DNA of 64,000 nucleotides, from the NCBI GenBank assembly GCA_963823665.1, contig CAWGMQ010000005.1:736001-800000 (forward strand), read 5' to 3'. Of the stretch, positions 29,389 through 40,840 are shown one piece after another; position 1 is the stretch's first letter; every line of letters begins with the position of its first letter. A program made the position numbers and the translations under genes. Under the pieces are notes generated by a model. The model made no database searches. It worked only from the letters and a program-made list of their open reading frames with translations, and was not told the origin of the DNA. This DNA is from an uncultured Planctomycetota bacterium. Its GTDB lineage: Bacteria; Planctomycetota; Planctomycetia; Isosphaerales; Isosphaeraceae.

Positions 29389-32378
29389 ATGGACTGGAAA
29401 TGGCAGCATCCGGGATGGCTGTATCTGATCTTGCCGATGGCGGCGGGATGGCTCTTGCTGTCGCTTTACTCGCGGCGGCGCCGGCAACGGGCGGCCGACG
29501 CGTTTGTGGCGCAGGCGATGCGGTCGCGGATCTTGCCGGCGGATTCGCGGGCGAGATTCTGGTTCAAGCTCTTGTTTCGCGAGACTGCGATTGTGACGGG
29601 CCTGGCTGCGCTTGCCGGCCCGCAGTTCGGCAATCAGGTCGAGGAAGTCGTTCCGCGCGGGAGCGACCTTTACGTGCTGATCGACGTGTCGCGGTCGATG
29701 CTCGCCCAGGATGTGCCACCCAGCAGGCTTGGACGTGCCAAGGCCGACGTGGCGGCGCTTCTGAACCGGCTGGAAGGGGAGCGGGTGGGGCTGATCGCGT
29801 TTGCGGGGCAAGCGGTGGTGAAATGCCCGCTCACCGTGGACTACGACGCCTTTCGCCGATCGCTTGACGAGCTGGACCCGGGGAGCGCTCTGCGCGGTGG
29901 AACGGCGATCGGCGACGCGATTCGCAAGGCACTCGAAGTGTTTCATGCCAAAACGGAGCGCGATCAGGCGATTCTCTTGATCACCGACGGCGATGACCAG
30001 CAGTCGTATCCGCTCGAGGCGGCGGCGACGGCCGCCGAGCGGCACGTGACGATTTTCACTGTCGGCCTGGGGGATGCGACTCAGGGCGCTCGGATACCGC
30101 AGGGGGCTGCGTCGAAATCATACGTTGAATACGAAGGCCAGCAGGTGTGGAGCAAGCTGGACGGGACGCTGCTCAAGGACATTGCGCTCAAGACGTCGGG
30201 CGTGTATGTCCCGGTGGGAACGCGTGCATACGATCTGGGCGAGCTGTACACGAATCATCTTCACGGCCGCGGCGGCGACGACACGGAAAGTCGTACCAGG
30301 ATTCGCCGTGCCGAGCGGTTTCAGATCTTCCTGGCGCTTTCGCTGTTGGCGCTCTTTGCCGATCTGTTTACTCGGCCCTATTCGGTTGTGAAGACGGCTG
30401 GGGCGCAGGGGCTCGAGGGGCGCCCGGCCGTGCGCGGACGAACCGCGGCGAAAACACACGAGACCGCCCTGCCCTTCGCCGGGGCTATCGCTGTGTGTGT
30501 CTTGCTCACGGGAATCAGCCGGGCTGATAAACCGGACGCGGCGGTTCGGGATGGGTTGCGGCTGTATCGCGCGGATGATTTTGATAAGGCGCGGGAGAGG
30601 TTCGCGCAGGCCCGCGAGCAATTCGGGCGCAGCGATGCTGGCAAGTCGGCGATTGCGGCTTTTGACGAAGCGTGTGCATCACATCGCAAGGGGGACGTGG
30701 CGCACGCGCGCGAATGCTACTTGCAAGCCGGGCTGGCACACGAGAAGTCGCTGGCGGCGGCGGCGCACTTCAACCTCGGGACTCTGGCTTCGGAGGAGGC
30801 GCGCAAGCTGGCGGGTGAGCATCCCGAGACCGTGGCACCCGAGAAGCGGCAGGAGATTGTCGATCAGCTCAAGGCGGCGGCGGCCTCATTTCGTCATAGT
30901 TTGGAGCTGCAGCCGGAGAACTCGCGCGCCCGGCGCGACATCGAGCTGGTGCGACAATGGATAAAGTACTACGGCGACAAGTGGCAGGCTTACGATCGAG
31001 AGAAGAGACGCCGGGAGACGAACCTCGTTGCCTTTCTCGAATTCTTGATTGAAACACAGCGTGCTTTGCGCGAATCAGCGAAGTCGCTGCCGGGAACGGC
31101 CACCGCGGACGCGTTTGCTGAGCTGAAGCGCGTACAGGACGAGCTTCAGGAGGAGATCTTGCCGCTCAAGGAGAAGATCAAGGCCGAGTTGCAGCCCGCT
31201 CAGGGCGGGACCGGCGCGGGGCGCAGGGTGGGTCGCAGGAGCTCGAGAAGGGGATTGCGCTCTTGCAGGGGTGGGCCGACGCCGCGGGCGAGAAGATGCA
31301 TTCAGCGGGAAGCAAGCTTCTGTCGCGGCTAGCGGAAGCCGCCGCGACGGACCAGCAGTCGGCGATTGAGGAGCTGGAACGAATCTGGGATGCGGTGATT
31401 CCGTTCCATCCGCTCCTGGCGCGAGATCTGGCCGATCAGACGCAGATCGCCGGCGCGCTACAAGGGGCGGCTGCACCCGAATCGAAAGACGCGGACGAGA
31501 AGGCCGCGAAGAAAAAGGCGCCGGATCGTGAGAAGAGCGGTACTGGATCGGAGAATGCTCAAGCGAGTGGCGGCCGTCCGGTGCTCGGCGCCGACAATGA
31601 AGATCTGGCGCGACTCGCTGAAACACAGGATCGCACACAGCGCCGGACGCAACTGCTCAAGCTCAAGGCCGAGGCGGAGCTCGCGCGGCTCAAGGAGCAG
31701 CCGGCGGCGGTCGCACCGAAGGAGGCTGACAAGCCGAGCACTGGTAAAGACAGCTCGAAGGACGCGCCGGACGAGAAGCCAAAAGCTGTTGATCCCGAGA
31801 CGATCAAGGCGGGCTATGAGAAAGCGATCGAGCTAGCACCCAAGGCGGCCGGGCAGATGGAGCGAGCGGCGAAAGCGCTTAAACTGAAGGACCGCGCTGC
31901 GGCCTACCCGCCGGCTGAGGAGGCGCGGAAGATCCTTGAGGAACTACAGAAAGCACAGCCGCCCGACGAGCAGCCGAAACAGGATCAGCAGAACCAGGAC
32001 AAGAAAAAGGACGAGCAGCAGAATCAGGACCAGAAGGACCAGAAAGACGAGCAGCAGAAACAAGATCAGAAAGACCAGGAGAAGAAAAAAGACGAACAGA
32101 AGAAACAGGGCCAGAAGGACCAGGAGAAGAAGAAGGACGAACAACAGAAGAAAGACCAGGAAAAAAAAGACCAGCGGAAGAAGGATCATGAAAAAAAGAA
32201 GCAGGAAGACCAGAGCAGCTCCGGTGAAGACAAACAGGAGCGGAAGCAGGAGATGTCGCAGGATCAGATCGAGGAGGCGCTGCGCAGGGTGCGTGAGCGG
32301 CAGCAAGAGAAGCGCGAGCGGGACCGGCAGATGAAGGCACGCGTGATCGGGAGAGCGCCCGTGGAGAAGGACTGGTGA
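29389..32378 (+). CDS. Fused BatB (VWA) + BatC-like (TPR, Gln/Lys-rich) protein (indel ~31225)
   Basis: DVSRSM, PSRLGRAK, GTAIGDAI, LITDG; TPR AHFNLG; QKD-rich tract; terminal VEKDW. Confidence 0.8.
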
Positions 32379-34306
32379 TGGCAAGAGCGCGCTTGGGAAA
32401 AACCGGGCTGGCGGCGATCGTTTTCTGGGTGATCGCTGTGCAGGCGATTGCCGACGATGAGCCGGAGATTGCGGTCGAGGCGGGTGCGACCGACGTCTTC
32501 ATTGGCGAGAGCGTCGACTACGTCGTCGAGATTCGCAACGTGAAGAATCCGTCTCCGCCGGACCTTAGCTCGGCGCGAGGGAGCTTCGACGTCGTCGCCA
32601 ACGGCGACGATTCGCGGAATTCGACGTCGATGACCATCATCGGCGGCAGGGTCAGCCGGCAGACAACGCTGACTCACTTCTATCGCTACCGGTTGACGCC
32701 CAAGCGGACCGGGAAGCAGGTGATCCCGGCGCCGACGGTGACAATTGACGGGAAGACGCTGACGGGGCGTGCTCTTCCGCTCAACGTCATTGCGCCGGCG
32801 GAACAAGACCTGGTCATCCCCGAGATGAAGACGGATCACGCGAAGGTTTATCCGACGCAGCCGCTGGAGGTGGCGCTCAAGGTGCTGGTGCGGCCGTTGC
32901 CGGATGATCCGGAGCGCGACCCGCTCACACCGCTGCGGCACGATCCACCGCACATCAATGTCAACTGGGTCGAGCTGCCGGCAGGCTTCTCCGGCCAGGA
33001 TAAAGCGCGCTGGCTGCAGAATCTCCTCGCCGAGGATGGGGTCGGGTTCACGCTGAATGACATCACGATGCGAAGCGGCTCGTTCTTAGAAGGCCCGCGG
33101 CCGGCGGTTTTTGGGCTTTTTCAGGGGCGCGAGCGGCGGAAGGGGCGCGACGCCGAGGAGGTCAATTACTTCGTTTACGAGCTGAAGCGCAGGCTCATTC
33201 CCGAGAAGGCAGGGACGTACACGATCGGGCCGGGGGTCGTGAAAGGGTCGTTCGTCGACGGGAACGAAGGGGGCCGATACACCGGCCGCCGGCTGGTCGC
33301 GGTTGCTCCGGCCGTGACGGTGGAAGTGCGCGAGGTGCCCTCGCCGCGGCCGGCGACTTTTTGCGGCGGGATCGGGAGCTATCGCGTGACGGCGGCCGCG
33401 AGCCCAAACACGCTTCGGGTGGGCGATCCGCTGACTCTGCGGCTTGACATCGAGCGTGGGCAAGGGAGCGGCTCGCTTGACTTGATCTCGGCGCCGAACC
33501 TCGAGGCAAACGCAAAGCTTGCGGCCGACTTCGAGATCATTGACAAGAACCCCACGGGGCACACGGAAGGGGCGACCAAGCGATTCGAGTATGCGCTGCG
33601 GCCCAAGAGAGCCGGAGTCGGAGTGCCTGCACTCAATCTCACCATTTTCAATCCTGATACCGAGTTGTTTTCCGAGATCGCGACGGAGCCGATTGCTCTT
33701 TCGGTAACGGAATCTAGTCAACTGAAGCCGGGCGAGCTGGTCGGGGCGGTCGGAGGTGGAGCAAATGAGGCGATCAAGGCGGAGGCACATGGGCTTTTTC
33801 ATAACGTGACTGATCCAACCGAGCTGTTTGATCAGCGGGTGAATGTCATCGCACTTGCGGGTGGGGCGGCTTTAACGTGGTGCGTGGTGGGTTGTCTCAT
33901 GGCGTTCGTCGCTCTCCATCGGCGGAGGTCGGGGGATCTGCTGTGGCAGCGAAAGCGGAATGCGCGGCGCACGGCGAACGGCAGGATCGCGGAGGCGCGC
34001 AAGGCGCTTGCGGAGGGGCAATCGCTGGGCGCACTCCGGGCTGTTCGATCGGCGCTGTTCGGGTTAGTGGCGGACTTGCGCAACATTGTGGCGGAGGGGT
34101 TGACGGCGTCGGAAGCGGACGGGGCGCTTGCGGAGGCAGGCGTTCCGGCCGAGCTGAGGAACGGTCTGTCGGATTTGCTGGGTGCGATCGAATCAGCGGA
34201 ATATGGGTCAGGAGTCACGACCGAAACCCCGGCGATGATCGAGTCGGCTGAGAGACTCATTCAGAGTCTGGCGCGCCACCTGGGACGCAACGGGGCGCGG
34301 GTGTGA
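32375..34306 (+). CDS. batD: BatD-family protein
   Basis: Signal peptide, repeated Ig-like units (YRLTPKRTG, VGDPLTLRL), TM; operon position. Confidence 0.8.
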   Translation: MMARARLGKTGLAAIVFWVIAVQAIADDEPEIAVEAGATDVFIGESVDYVVEIRNVKNPSPPDLSSARGSFDVVANGDDSRNSTSMTIIGGRVSRQTTLTHFYRYRLTPKRTGKQVIPAPTVTIDGKTLTGRALPLNVIAPAEQDLVIPEMKTDHAKVYPTQPLEVALKVLVRPLPDDPERDPLTPLRHDPPHINVNWVELPAGFSGQDKARWLQNLLAEDGVGFTLNDITMRSGSFLEGPRPAVFGLFQGRERRKGRDAEEVNYFVYELKRRLIPEKAGTYTIGPGVVKGSFVDGNEGGRYTGRRLVAVAPAVTVEVREVPSPRPATFCGGIGSYRVTAAASPNTLRVGDPLTLRLDIERGQGSGSLDLISAPNLEANAKLAADFEIIDKNPTGHTEGATKRFEYALRPKRAGVGVPALNLTIFNPDTELFSEIATEPIALSVTESSQLKPGELVGAVGGGANEAIKAEAHGLFHNVTDPTELFDQRVNVIALAGGAALTWCVVGCLMAFVALHRRRSGDLLWQRKRNARRTANGRIAEARKALAEGQSLGALRAVRSALFGLVADLRNIVAEGLTASEADGALAEAGVPAELRNGLSDLLGAIESAEYGSGVTTETPAMIESAERLIQSLARHLGRNGARV

Positions 34307-35073
34307 TGCGCAAGGCTGGTCCTGCGGTGATCGTACTCTTGGCAATGCTTGCGGTGGAAGCTGTCGCTGCGGATAACGGGGCACGGCAGCGAACGTTTAT
34401 TCGCGCGCTCGAGATGTTCGACGCCGCCAAGACGCCGCAGGATTATCGCGAGTCGGCTGCGCTTCTGGAATCACTGCTGGCCGATGGGTTTCGCAACGGA
34501 GCGGTGTACTACAACCTCGGGAATGCGTACGTCCGCGCGGGGGAATATGGCCGGGCGATCGCGGCGTACCGCAAGGCGATTCCGTACCGCCCGCGTGATC
34601 AGTACCTTCTGGCCAACTTGCAGCAGGCCATCTCGGCCGCGCCCGGGCACTTACCCGAACCGGCTCCGCCGTTGTGGACGCACGTGCTGTTCTGGAGCGA
34701 GTGGCTGTCGTTTCCCGAGAAGGCATACAGCGCGTTCGCCGCGTATGTGGCGGCGGCTCTGTTGTCGGCCGCGGCGGTTTTTCGGCGATGGCCGCGGGTC
34801 TACTGGATCAGCGCCGGGCTCGTTGCGTGCGGAACGGTGCTGGCTGTCGACGCGGGCCTCGCGTATGCGGACATCGCGTGGTCGCGGCATGGCGTTGTGA
34901 CCGCGGAGACGATTGCCCGGAAGGGGATTGGCAAGGATTACGAGCCGGCTTTTGACCAGCCGCTCAAGGACGGCGCTGAGTTCACGATTCTGGCCGAGAA
35001 CGTGGATTGGGTGTTCGGCCACTTCGAAGGCATTGGCGACGGCTGGTTGCGTCGCGGGGATACGGTGCAGTGA
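34303..35073 (+). CDS. batE: BatE-like TPR + SH3b protein
   Basis: YYNLGNAYVRAGEYGRAIAAY TPR, two TMs, C-terminal LKDGAEF...GWL SH3-like segment. Confidence 0.8.
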   Translation: MMRKAGPAVIVLLAMLAVEAVAADNGARQRTFIRALEMFDAAKTPQDYRESAALLESLLADGFRNGAVYYNLGNAYVRAGEYGRAIAAYRKAIPYRPRDQYLLANLQQAISAAPGHLPEPAPPLWTHVLFWSEWLSFPEKAYSAFAAYVAAALLSAAAVFRRWPRVYWISAGLVACGTVLAVDAGLAYADIAWSRHGVVTAETIARKGIGKDYEPAFDQPLKDGAEFTILAENVDWVFGHFEGIGDGWLRRGDTVQ

Positions 35074-35221
35074 GTGGTTGCAGTTCTTTGGGTGCTGTTT
35101 GTACCAAACGGAACTGAACATGACATATCAACACTGATTAACCATTTTTCGATCTTTGATTGATACTGGGGTGCTCGTGAGGTGGGAGTAGCGATTATTC
35201 CTGCGCCACACCTATCGAGAA

Positions 35222-35342
35222 GGCCGGTATCGAGTTGCGTTGGATTCGTGCGCACCGATTATTCCTGCGCCACACGTAAGTCCTGGCGCCGCAAGGCTGT
35301 GGCGCATGTGGCGCAGAAATGGGGCCCTCAAAAAGAGTGTTC
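35222..35342 (+). repeat. Dispersed ~120-bp non-coding element, copy A
   Basis: Colinear with the reverse complement of 58731-58852, including a 24-bp exact block ATCGAGTTGCGTTGGATTCGTGCG. Confidence 0.85.
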
Positions 35343-35403
35343 GCGGGTTGCGGCGGGCGATCGAGAGGGCGGCGACTGGTCGGAGCGCTTAGCAGGATCG
35401 CTG

Positions 35404-38400
35404 TCAGTGTTTTCCGCTGCCCTTGCTTTTCTTGGGTGGGGCGGGCAGGACGTTGATCACTGTCGAGACTGTGGTGGCGCTCAAGCCGAGTTTCTTGCTC
35501 GCGGCGCTGGGCTCGTAGACTGCGCTTATGGTCTGGAGTCCGGGGACGGTCAGCTTGAGCTTGGCCTTGGCCTCGGCGACGCCGTGGACAACCTGGACCT
35601 TCACGCGCTTGAGCACCACGCTGCCTTCCTCGAAGAGAACGGTGCCGGTGGGTTTGGCGTTGGACTTCGGCTTCTTTTGTGCCAGCGTGCGGACCTCTGG
35701 GAGTGCGGCGATCAAGGGCTGAACTTGCACGGGAGAGGACGAATTCGTGTTGAGGACGTCTGTTGTGGTGATGGTCTGGCCCGCGGTGACGACCGTGCTA
35801 TTCGTCTGCAAGCTTTGCGTGACGGGGCCAGGGGCCGTTACCTGGAAGGCGGTACTGTATGCGTCGGGCTTGCCCGGTTCGTCGATGCTCGCCGCGAAGA
35901 GGAGTGTTCCCGCCGTGGCCGCGATCGGGTGAAAGAAGTGCGCGCGGCCGCTGATGGCATTCACCGTGATGGATGGGACGACATCGCCGGTGTCGGGGTC
36001 ACTGAGGGAGCCGCCCTCGAGCGTGAGGGTGACTGGGCCGTTGTAACTAGTGTCCGGCTCACCGCTCAAGTCATTGACGTTCACCACAATGGTCTGGTTC
36101 ATTGGCTGGTTGATCACGGAGGCGACCGGCTCGAAGGCTGAGTCGAACGACAGGGTGTGGCTGGCGATGGTGATCTGTGGGCTGGGAACGGCGATGTCGT
36201 TCGAGTTGCCATCGGAGGGGATGAGCGTGTACCCCGGGTTCTCGCCGCTGGCCTTGCTGATGGACAGAGTGCTATACGTGATGATTCCGGCCGAAATGAC
36301 ACCGCTCGCGTTCTGAAGCGTCGCGCCGGCGGCGTTTTCGCCCAGAGACAGGGTGACCGGTTTGCCGGCGTTGTTGAATTGCGTGTCGAGTATCAGGTTC
36401 GGCTGGCCGCTCGAGTCGGTGCCGGCTTGCAGGTAGACACCCAACTGGATTGCCGGGGTGATCGGTTGTCCCGGGACTCCGGCCGGGTCGGGGAATTCGG
36501 TCTGAAGGAATTTGAGCGTCTCGGGGACGACCGAGAATGCGGTGCTCGAGTCGCTGGACGTGCCATCCACCATTTTGGCGACCAGCGCGTAGCCTGCGCC
36601 CAGAAGGTTGACTGTCAGGCCGCTGAAGGTTGCGACGCCTGCCTTGGCCGGTTGCGTGACCTGGCCGCCCAACGCCGGTGTCTGGCCCGAGTTCGAGAGG
36701 CCGACGATCGTCATCGTGACATTGCCGGTGAAGTCCGTGTCGACCTGGCCCGCGTTATTCTGGACGTCGACGATGATGGGCGAGCCGAACGACTCGTTCG
36801 AGCCGATGTATTTGGGCGGATCGGATTCGATGACGGGGGTGTCGCTGCCGATGATGAACTGACCGCTGGTGTCCGTAATGGTGCCGGCGGCAGGGGCACC
36901 CGGCTCCTTGGCGGTTGCGGTGAGCGAATAGCGGCCGGGCTCACTGATGATCACATTCGGGAAGAGGACGCCGCTCGTGCCCGCGGTGCCCGATACCGCG
37001 ATCGAGGGGACCGGCGCCCCGGTCGGGCCGAGCAACGTGGCGACTTTGCCGTCGGTGTTGGTCTGACCGATGATGTTGAGCGTGAGCGCGATCGAGCCGG
37101 TGTAACTGGAATCCACGTTGCCCTCGGCGTCGAGCGGGTCGACCTCGATCGGGGCATTGTCTGGGGCTGCGCCGTGCAGGGGTGCGCCGGTGACGCCGGC
37201 TTTGTTGTCGGGCGCGGGGAGGACCGGCTTGAAGAAGAGGTCGTGGGGCACGACGTTGAACGCGTTGCTGGTCACCGTGGCCGTGTCCTGATCGCTCGGG
37301 AGGCTGGCGATCAAGGTGTATCCCGTGCCGACTGTGTTGACGCTCAGCTTGGTGAAGGTCGCGATCCCGGTGCCTTTGGCAACTTGCACGACGCCGCCGG
37401 AGATCGCCGCGCCGAACGAGTTCTGCGCGAGCATGAGCGCGACACCGCCGTTGAACACTTCATCGGGCCGGCCGGTGGAATCATCCACTTCGACCTGGAC
37501 GGGCGTGGGAGTGTCGCTGGTCAAGGGGGGCGCACCGAGGGGCTCGCCGGGCACACCCGCCAGAGGGGAGGCGGGCGGCTGCGTCAGGAACTTGATGGTG
37601 TCGCCAACGCTGAATTTGCCGCTGATGTCGCGCGGGGCGGCGTCGGTCAAGAGCGTGGCTGTCAGCGAGTAGTTCTGTCCGGTCTTGCTGATCATCAAGG
37701 TTGTGAAGCTCGCCATGCCGGAGCCGCCGGTGACCTGGACGTCAGCTCCGGCGAGCGCGGCGCCGTTGCTCTGGCCGCTCGCAAGCCCACCGTTGAGCGC
37801 CAGGACGACGTCGCTGTCGTAGTTCGGGTCGGGATTGCCCTGGCTGTCGAGCACCGAGACTTGAACCGTTGGCAGCGTCTCGTTCGGTCCGCCGCCCATC
37901 GGGTTCGGGAGCGTGATCTTGACCTGGTGGACGCCCAAGGTGAACGAGCTGCTCTGGAGGCTGGGGGTACTCGAGTCGTTCGGTATCGAGGCGATCAGTG
38001 TGTACGTGCCCGGCTTGTCGATGTAGAGGATCTTGGAGAAGTCGGCGGTTCCTCCCGAGGCAGACGTCGTGAGTGTCGTTCCCAGGGAGTGACCACCGGG
38101 GTCCTCGAAATAGACAGTCGGGTCGGTAATGGCGTTGCCATTTGCGTCGGCGAGCTGGAGCTGCACGTTGCCTGTGAAAGTGTTATCGATCGAGCCTGCG
38201 CTGTCGTCGACTTCGACCTTGACCGGCATCACGTCGCCGGCGGTCGAGCTGGCGGGCGGGTCGGCGAACTTGAGCGTGTGGCCCTGGATGTTGAACGAGG
38301 GGCTGGGATTGGGAATCCCGTTGGTGAGGGAGGCGACGAGCGTGTATCCCGATCCGATCTTGTTGACGATGATGGCGCTGGCGCCGCTGAACGTGGCGAC

Positions 38401-39324
38401 GCCGTTGACGGCGGCCACGGTGACGCTGTTGATCGCGGAGCCGCTCGAGTTGATCAGGGAAGCGCCCGAGGCTCCGCCGCTCAAGGTCAGAGTGACGTTG
38501 CCTTTGAAGGCCGTATCGACCGCCCCGCCCTTTCCCAGTACGTTGACGATCACCGAGGGCGCCAGCGGAGCCCCGACTGTGCCGGTGGGCGTCGAACTGG
38601 AGAAGAAGCTCGAAGTCGAGAATGACGGCACGTCGCTTGCGACCACGAATGGCATGGCGGTGGACCAGGCGGGCAAATCGCTGTTATCGCCGGGTACCGC
38701 TTGGTACTGACCCACCACGAAGACCCAGGGGCCGGTCGCGTCGTCCAGGTTCGGGAAGTTCGATGGGACCTCCGTCACCGTTCCGGCTGGGGCGTCGCTG
38801 GCGATGGTCGCCGTGATCTGGATTGTTCCGGTGTATGGATCGCCGCTGGCGGGCTGAAGCACGTCGGCCTGCTCGTCGCCGGGGCGAATGGTCGGATCTG
38901 GTTCATCGGGGGGCGTTCCGGAGATACCAGGCGAGTACGGGAAGTAGTAAATTGGCTCGTTGCCGTCCGGGGCGTCGGGCGCGGTGCCGTTGATCTTCAC
39001 CGAGCCCTGCTGGACGTAAGACATTGCGAGGTAGGGATAGCCGAATACGGGGTCGAAACTATCATCGACGCCGGCGGAGCTGATCGTGATGCTGTAATGG
39101 ATCGTCTCGCCCGGCGTGACGCTCGTGGGAAAGCCAGTGATGACTGCATCGGGACTGAGATACTTCGCGAGATTGTTCTGGATGTTGGGCGGGAATGGGC
39201 TGAGCAGGGTGCGGTCTTCGAGGCGACCGATCTCGGGAAGAAGCCGATGCATCTCTCGTGGCGACCGCCCAAAGCGTTTGCCCACTTTCGCGAACGAAAA
39301 GACCGTGCTCATGGAGCTCCCCAT
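35404..39324 (-). CDS. Large surface protein: planctomycete extracellular leader, ~8 Ig-like repeats and a Big_3-like basic C-terminal domain
   Basis: RLLPEIGRLEDRTLLS; repeats of V.V.D..G..D..F.G.V.L.L...G.A.F..L.I...G.Y.L.A; PTGTVLF...ISAVY. Confidence 0.85.
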   Translation of the reverse strand: MGSSMSTVFSFAKVGKRFGRSPREMHRLLPEIGRLEDRTLLSPFPPNIQNNLAKYLSPDAVITGFPTSVTPGETIHYSITISSAGVDDSFDPVFGYPYLAMSYVQQGSVKINGTAPDAPDGNEPIYYFPYSPGISGTPPDEPDPTIRPGDEQADVLQPASGDPYTGTIQITATIASDAPAGTVTEVPSNFPNLDDATGPWVFVVGQYQAVPGDNSDLPAWSTAMPFVVASDVPSFSTSSFFSSSTPTGTVGAPLAPSVIVNVLGKGGAVDTAFKGNVTLTLSGGASGASLINSSGSAINSVTVAAVNGVATFSGASAIIVNKIGSGYTLVASLTNGIPNPSPSFNIQGHTLKFADPPASSTAGDVMPVKVEVDDSAGSIDNTFTGNVQLQLADANGNAITDPTVYFEDPGGHSLGTTLTTSASGGTADFSKILYIDKPGTYTLIASIPNDSSTPSLQSSSFTLGVHQVKITLPNPMGGGPNETLPTVQVSVLDSQGNPDPNYDSDVVLALNGGLASGQSNGAALAGADVQVTGGSGMASFTTLMISKTGQNYSLTATLLTDAAPRDISGKFSVGDTIKFLTQPPASPLAGVPGEPLGAPPLTSDTPTPVQVEVDDSTGRPDEVFNGGVALMLAQNSFGAAISGGVVQVAKGTGIATFTKLSVNTVGTGYTLIASLPSDQDTATVTSNAFNVVPHDLFFKPVLPAPDNKAGVTGAPLHGAAPDNAPIEVDPLDAEGNVDSSYTGSIALTLNIIGQTNTDGKVATLLGPTGAPVPSIAVSGTAGTSGVLFPNVIISEPGRYSLTATAKEPGAPAAGTITDTSGQFIIGSDTPVIESDPPKYIGSNESFGSPIIVDVQNNAGQVDTDFTGNVTMTIVGLSNSGQTPALGGQVTQPAKAGVATFSGLTVNLLGAGYALVAKMVDGTSSDSSTAFSVVPETLKFLQTEFPDPAGVPGQPITPAIQLGVYLQAGTDSSGQPNLILDTQFNNAGKPVTLSLGENAAGATLQNASGVISAGIITYSTLSISKASGENPGYTLIPSDGNSNDIAVPSPQITIASHTLSFDSAFEPVASVINQPMNQTIVVNVNDLSGEPDTSYNGPVTLTLEGGSLSDPDTGDVVPSITVNAISGRAHFFHPIAATAGTLLFAASIDEPGKPDAYSTAFQVTAPGPVTQSLQTNSTVVTAGQTITTTDVLNTNSSSPVQVQPLIAALPEVRTLAQKKPKSNAKPTGTVLFEEGSVVLKRVKVQVVHGVAEAKAKLKLTVPGLQTISAVYEPSAASKKLGLSATTVSTVINVLPAPPKKSKGSGKH

Positions 39325-39533
39325 TGATCGGTTTGTTGTCTCGCTTTATCGTCTGGAATGAACGACGGCCCGATCGACCGGTGCTTCGAAGCGGGCACAA
39401 GCGTCCCCAGAGGTATAGTCAGGCTTACGCCCGATCTGCGGCTTGTGTTTCGCAAATTCTTCGCGCAAACCCTGAGCGCACGACGCAAATCAATCGCCCA
39501 CACGGTCTTTGAAGTCGCAAAGCGATCCAACTC

Positions 39534-40585
39534 ATGAATGAACTGCCTCCCAGGATCGACGGCCCGTCTGCGTGGTACGGTCCTGACATTGCGGCACGAG
39601 CGGACTGGATCGAGACGTTGTCGCGTGAGGAACTGTCCGAGATTGAATTCGCGGGCCGACCTATGGCGGAGTCGGAAGTTGACTGGCAATCTCTGCGTCA
39701 CGACGACTTTGCGTTGCCCACCCTGAGAGAGCGCCTCGTTCGCATTCTCGAGCAAGTGCTGGAAGGCCGCGGATTTGCACTTTTGCGAGGTTTGCCGGTC
39801 GAGCGCTTTGGCCGCCGTCTATCGGCCATGGCCTTTTTAGGTCTTGGCCTGCACTGGGGAAACTTACGGTCGCAAAACCGCCATGGGCACCTTCTCGGTC
39901 ACGTGAAAGACGCCGGGCTTTCGAGCCAGGATCCAAACGTTCGCGTGTACCAAACCCGAGAACGGCAGAATTTTCACACCGATTCGTGTGACGTGGTTGG
40001 GCTACTGTGCCTGCATCCGGCCCGGTCGGGAGGGCTGTCGAGTCTGGTCAGCTCTGTCACCATCTTCAACGAGATGCGCAAGCGCCGTCCCGATCTGGCG
40101 CGGGTGTTGTTTGAGCCGATCGAGACTGACCGCCGGGGCGAAGTGCCCGCCGCCAGAAACCCTTCTTTTGCATACCGGTGTTTAACTGGTATGCGGGGTT
40201 GTTATCGACGATCTACAATCGCACGTATATTGCATCCGCGAGGCGGTTTCCAGAGGTTCCGCCACTGGCACCGGAACAGATTCAGGCCCTGGACCTGTTC
40301 GAGAACCTGGCCAACGACACGGGGCTGCATTTCGATATGGAGCTGCGAGCGGGCGACATCCAGCTTGTGCATAATCACACGCTGTTGCACGACCGCACTG
40401 CGTTCGAGGATTGGCCGGAGCCGGAGCGGAAACGCCACTTGCTGCGACTCTGGCTGGCTCCGGAAAGGGCTCGGCCGCTTCCCCCGGTCTACGCGCAACG
40501 GTACGGCTCGGTCGTTCCTGGCGAGCGCGGCGGCATCGTGCTGCCTGAGACGCGATATACGATCCCGTGGGAGGCGGAGGAATGA
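39534..40585 (+). CDS. TauD/TfdA-family Fe(II)/2-oxoglutarate dioxygenase (indel ~40155)
   Basis: GRGFALLRG, FHTDS (HxD), GDIQLVHNHTLLHDRTAF, RHLLRLWL. Confidence 0.9.
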
Positions 40586-40662
40586 ACTTGCGACCATCGC
40601 GTCGAAGAGCCTGACTGAAGTCAGGCTCTTCGACGCGATAGTGGGATCGGCGATGGAACAAA

Positions 40663-40737
40663 TCGGGGCGACAAGATTTGAACTTGCGACCTCACGGTCC
40701 CGAACCGTGCGCTCTATCCAGGCTGAGCTACGCCCCG
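40663..40737 (-). tRNA. tRNA-Pro(CGG)
   Basis: CGGGGCGTAGCTCAGCCTGGATAGAGCGCACGG-TTCGGGA-CCGTGAGGTCGCAAGTTCAAATCTTGTCGCCCCGA cloverleaf; no encoded CCA. Confidence 0.95.
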
Positions 40738-40840
40738 CGAAGACATGCCTAAAAGGAACAGCGCAGCCAGGCGGGCTGGCTTACGCGCGCGATTGCATGC
40801 TGTAACGATCTTAGCGAGCCTGCGGGCTCTGTCAATCGCA

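Noticed and set aside
31940..32260. Purine-rich CAGAAG-type tandem tract
   Set aside because: Encodes the usual Gln/Lys/Asp/Glu low-complexity linker of BatC-like proteins
35192..35275. Possible mini CRISPR array (20-bp repeat, 44-bp spacer)
   Set aside because: Only two copies, the repeat is too short, there are no cas genes, and it is part of the dispersed element
40663..40737. tRNA-Pro as an integration site for the accessory genes to its left
   Set aside because: No integrase and no duplicated tRNA 3' end found in the window
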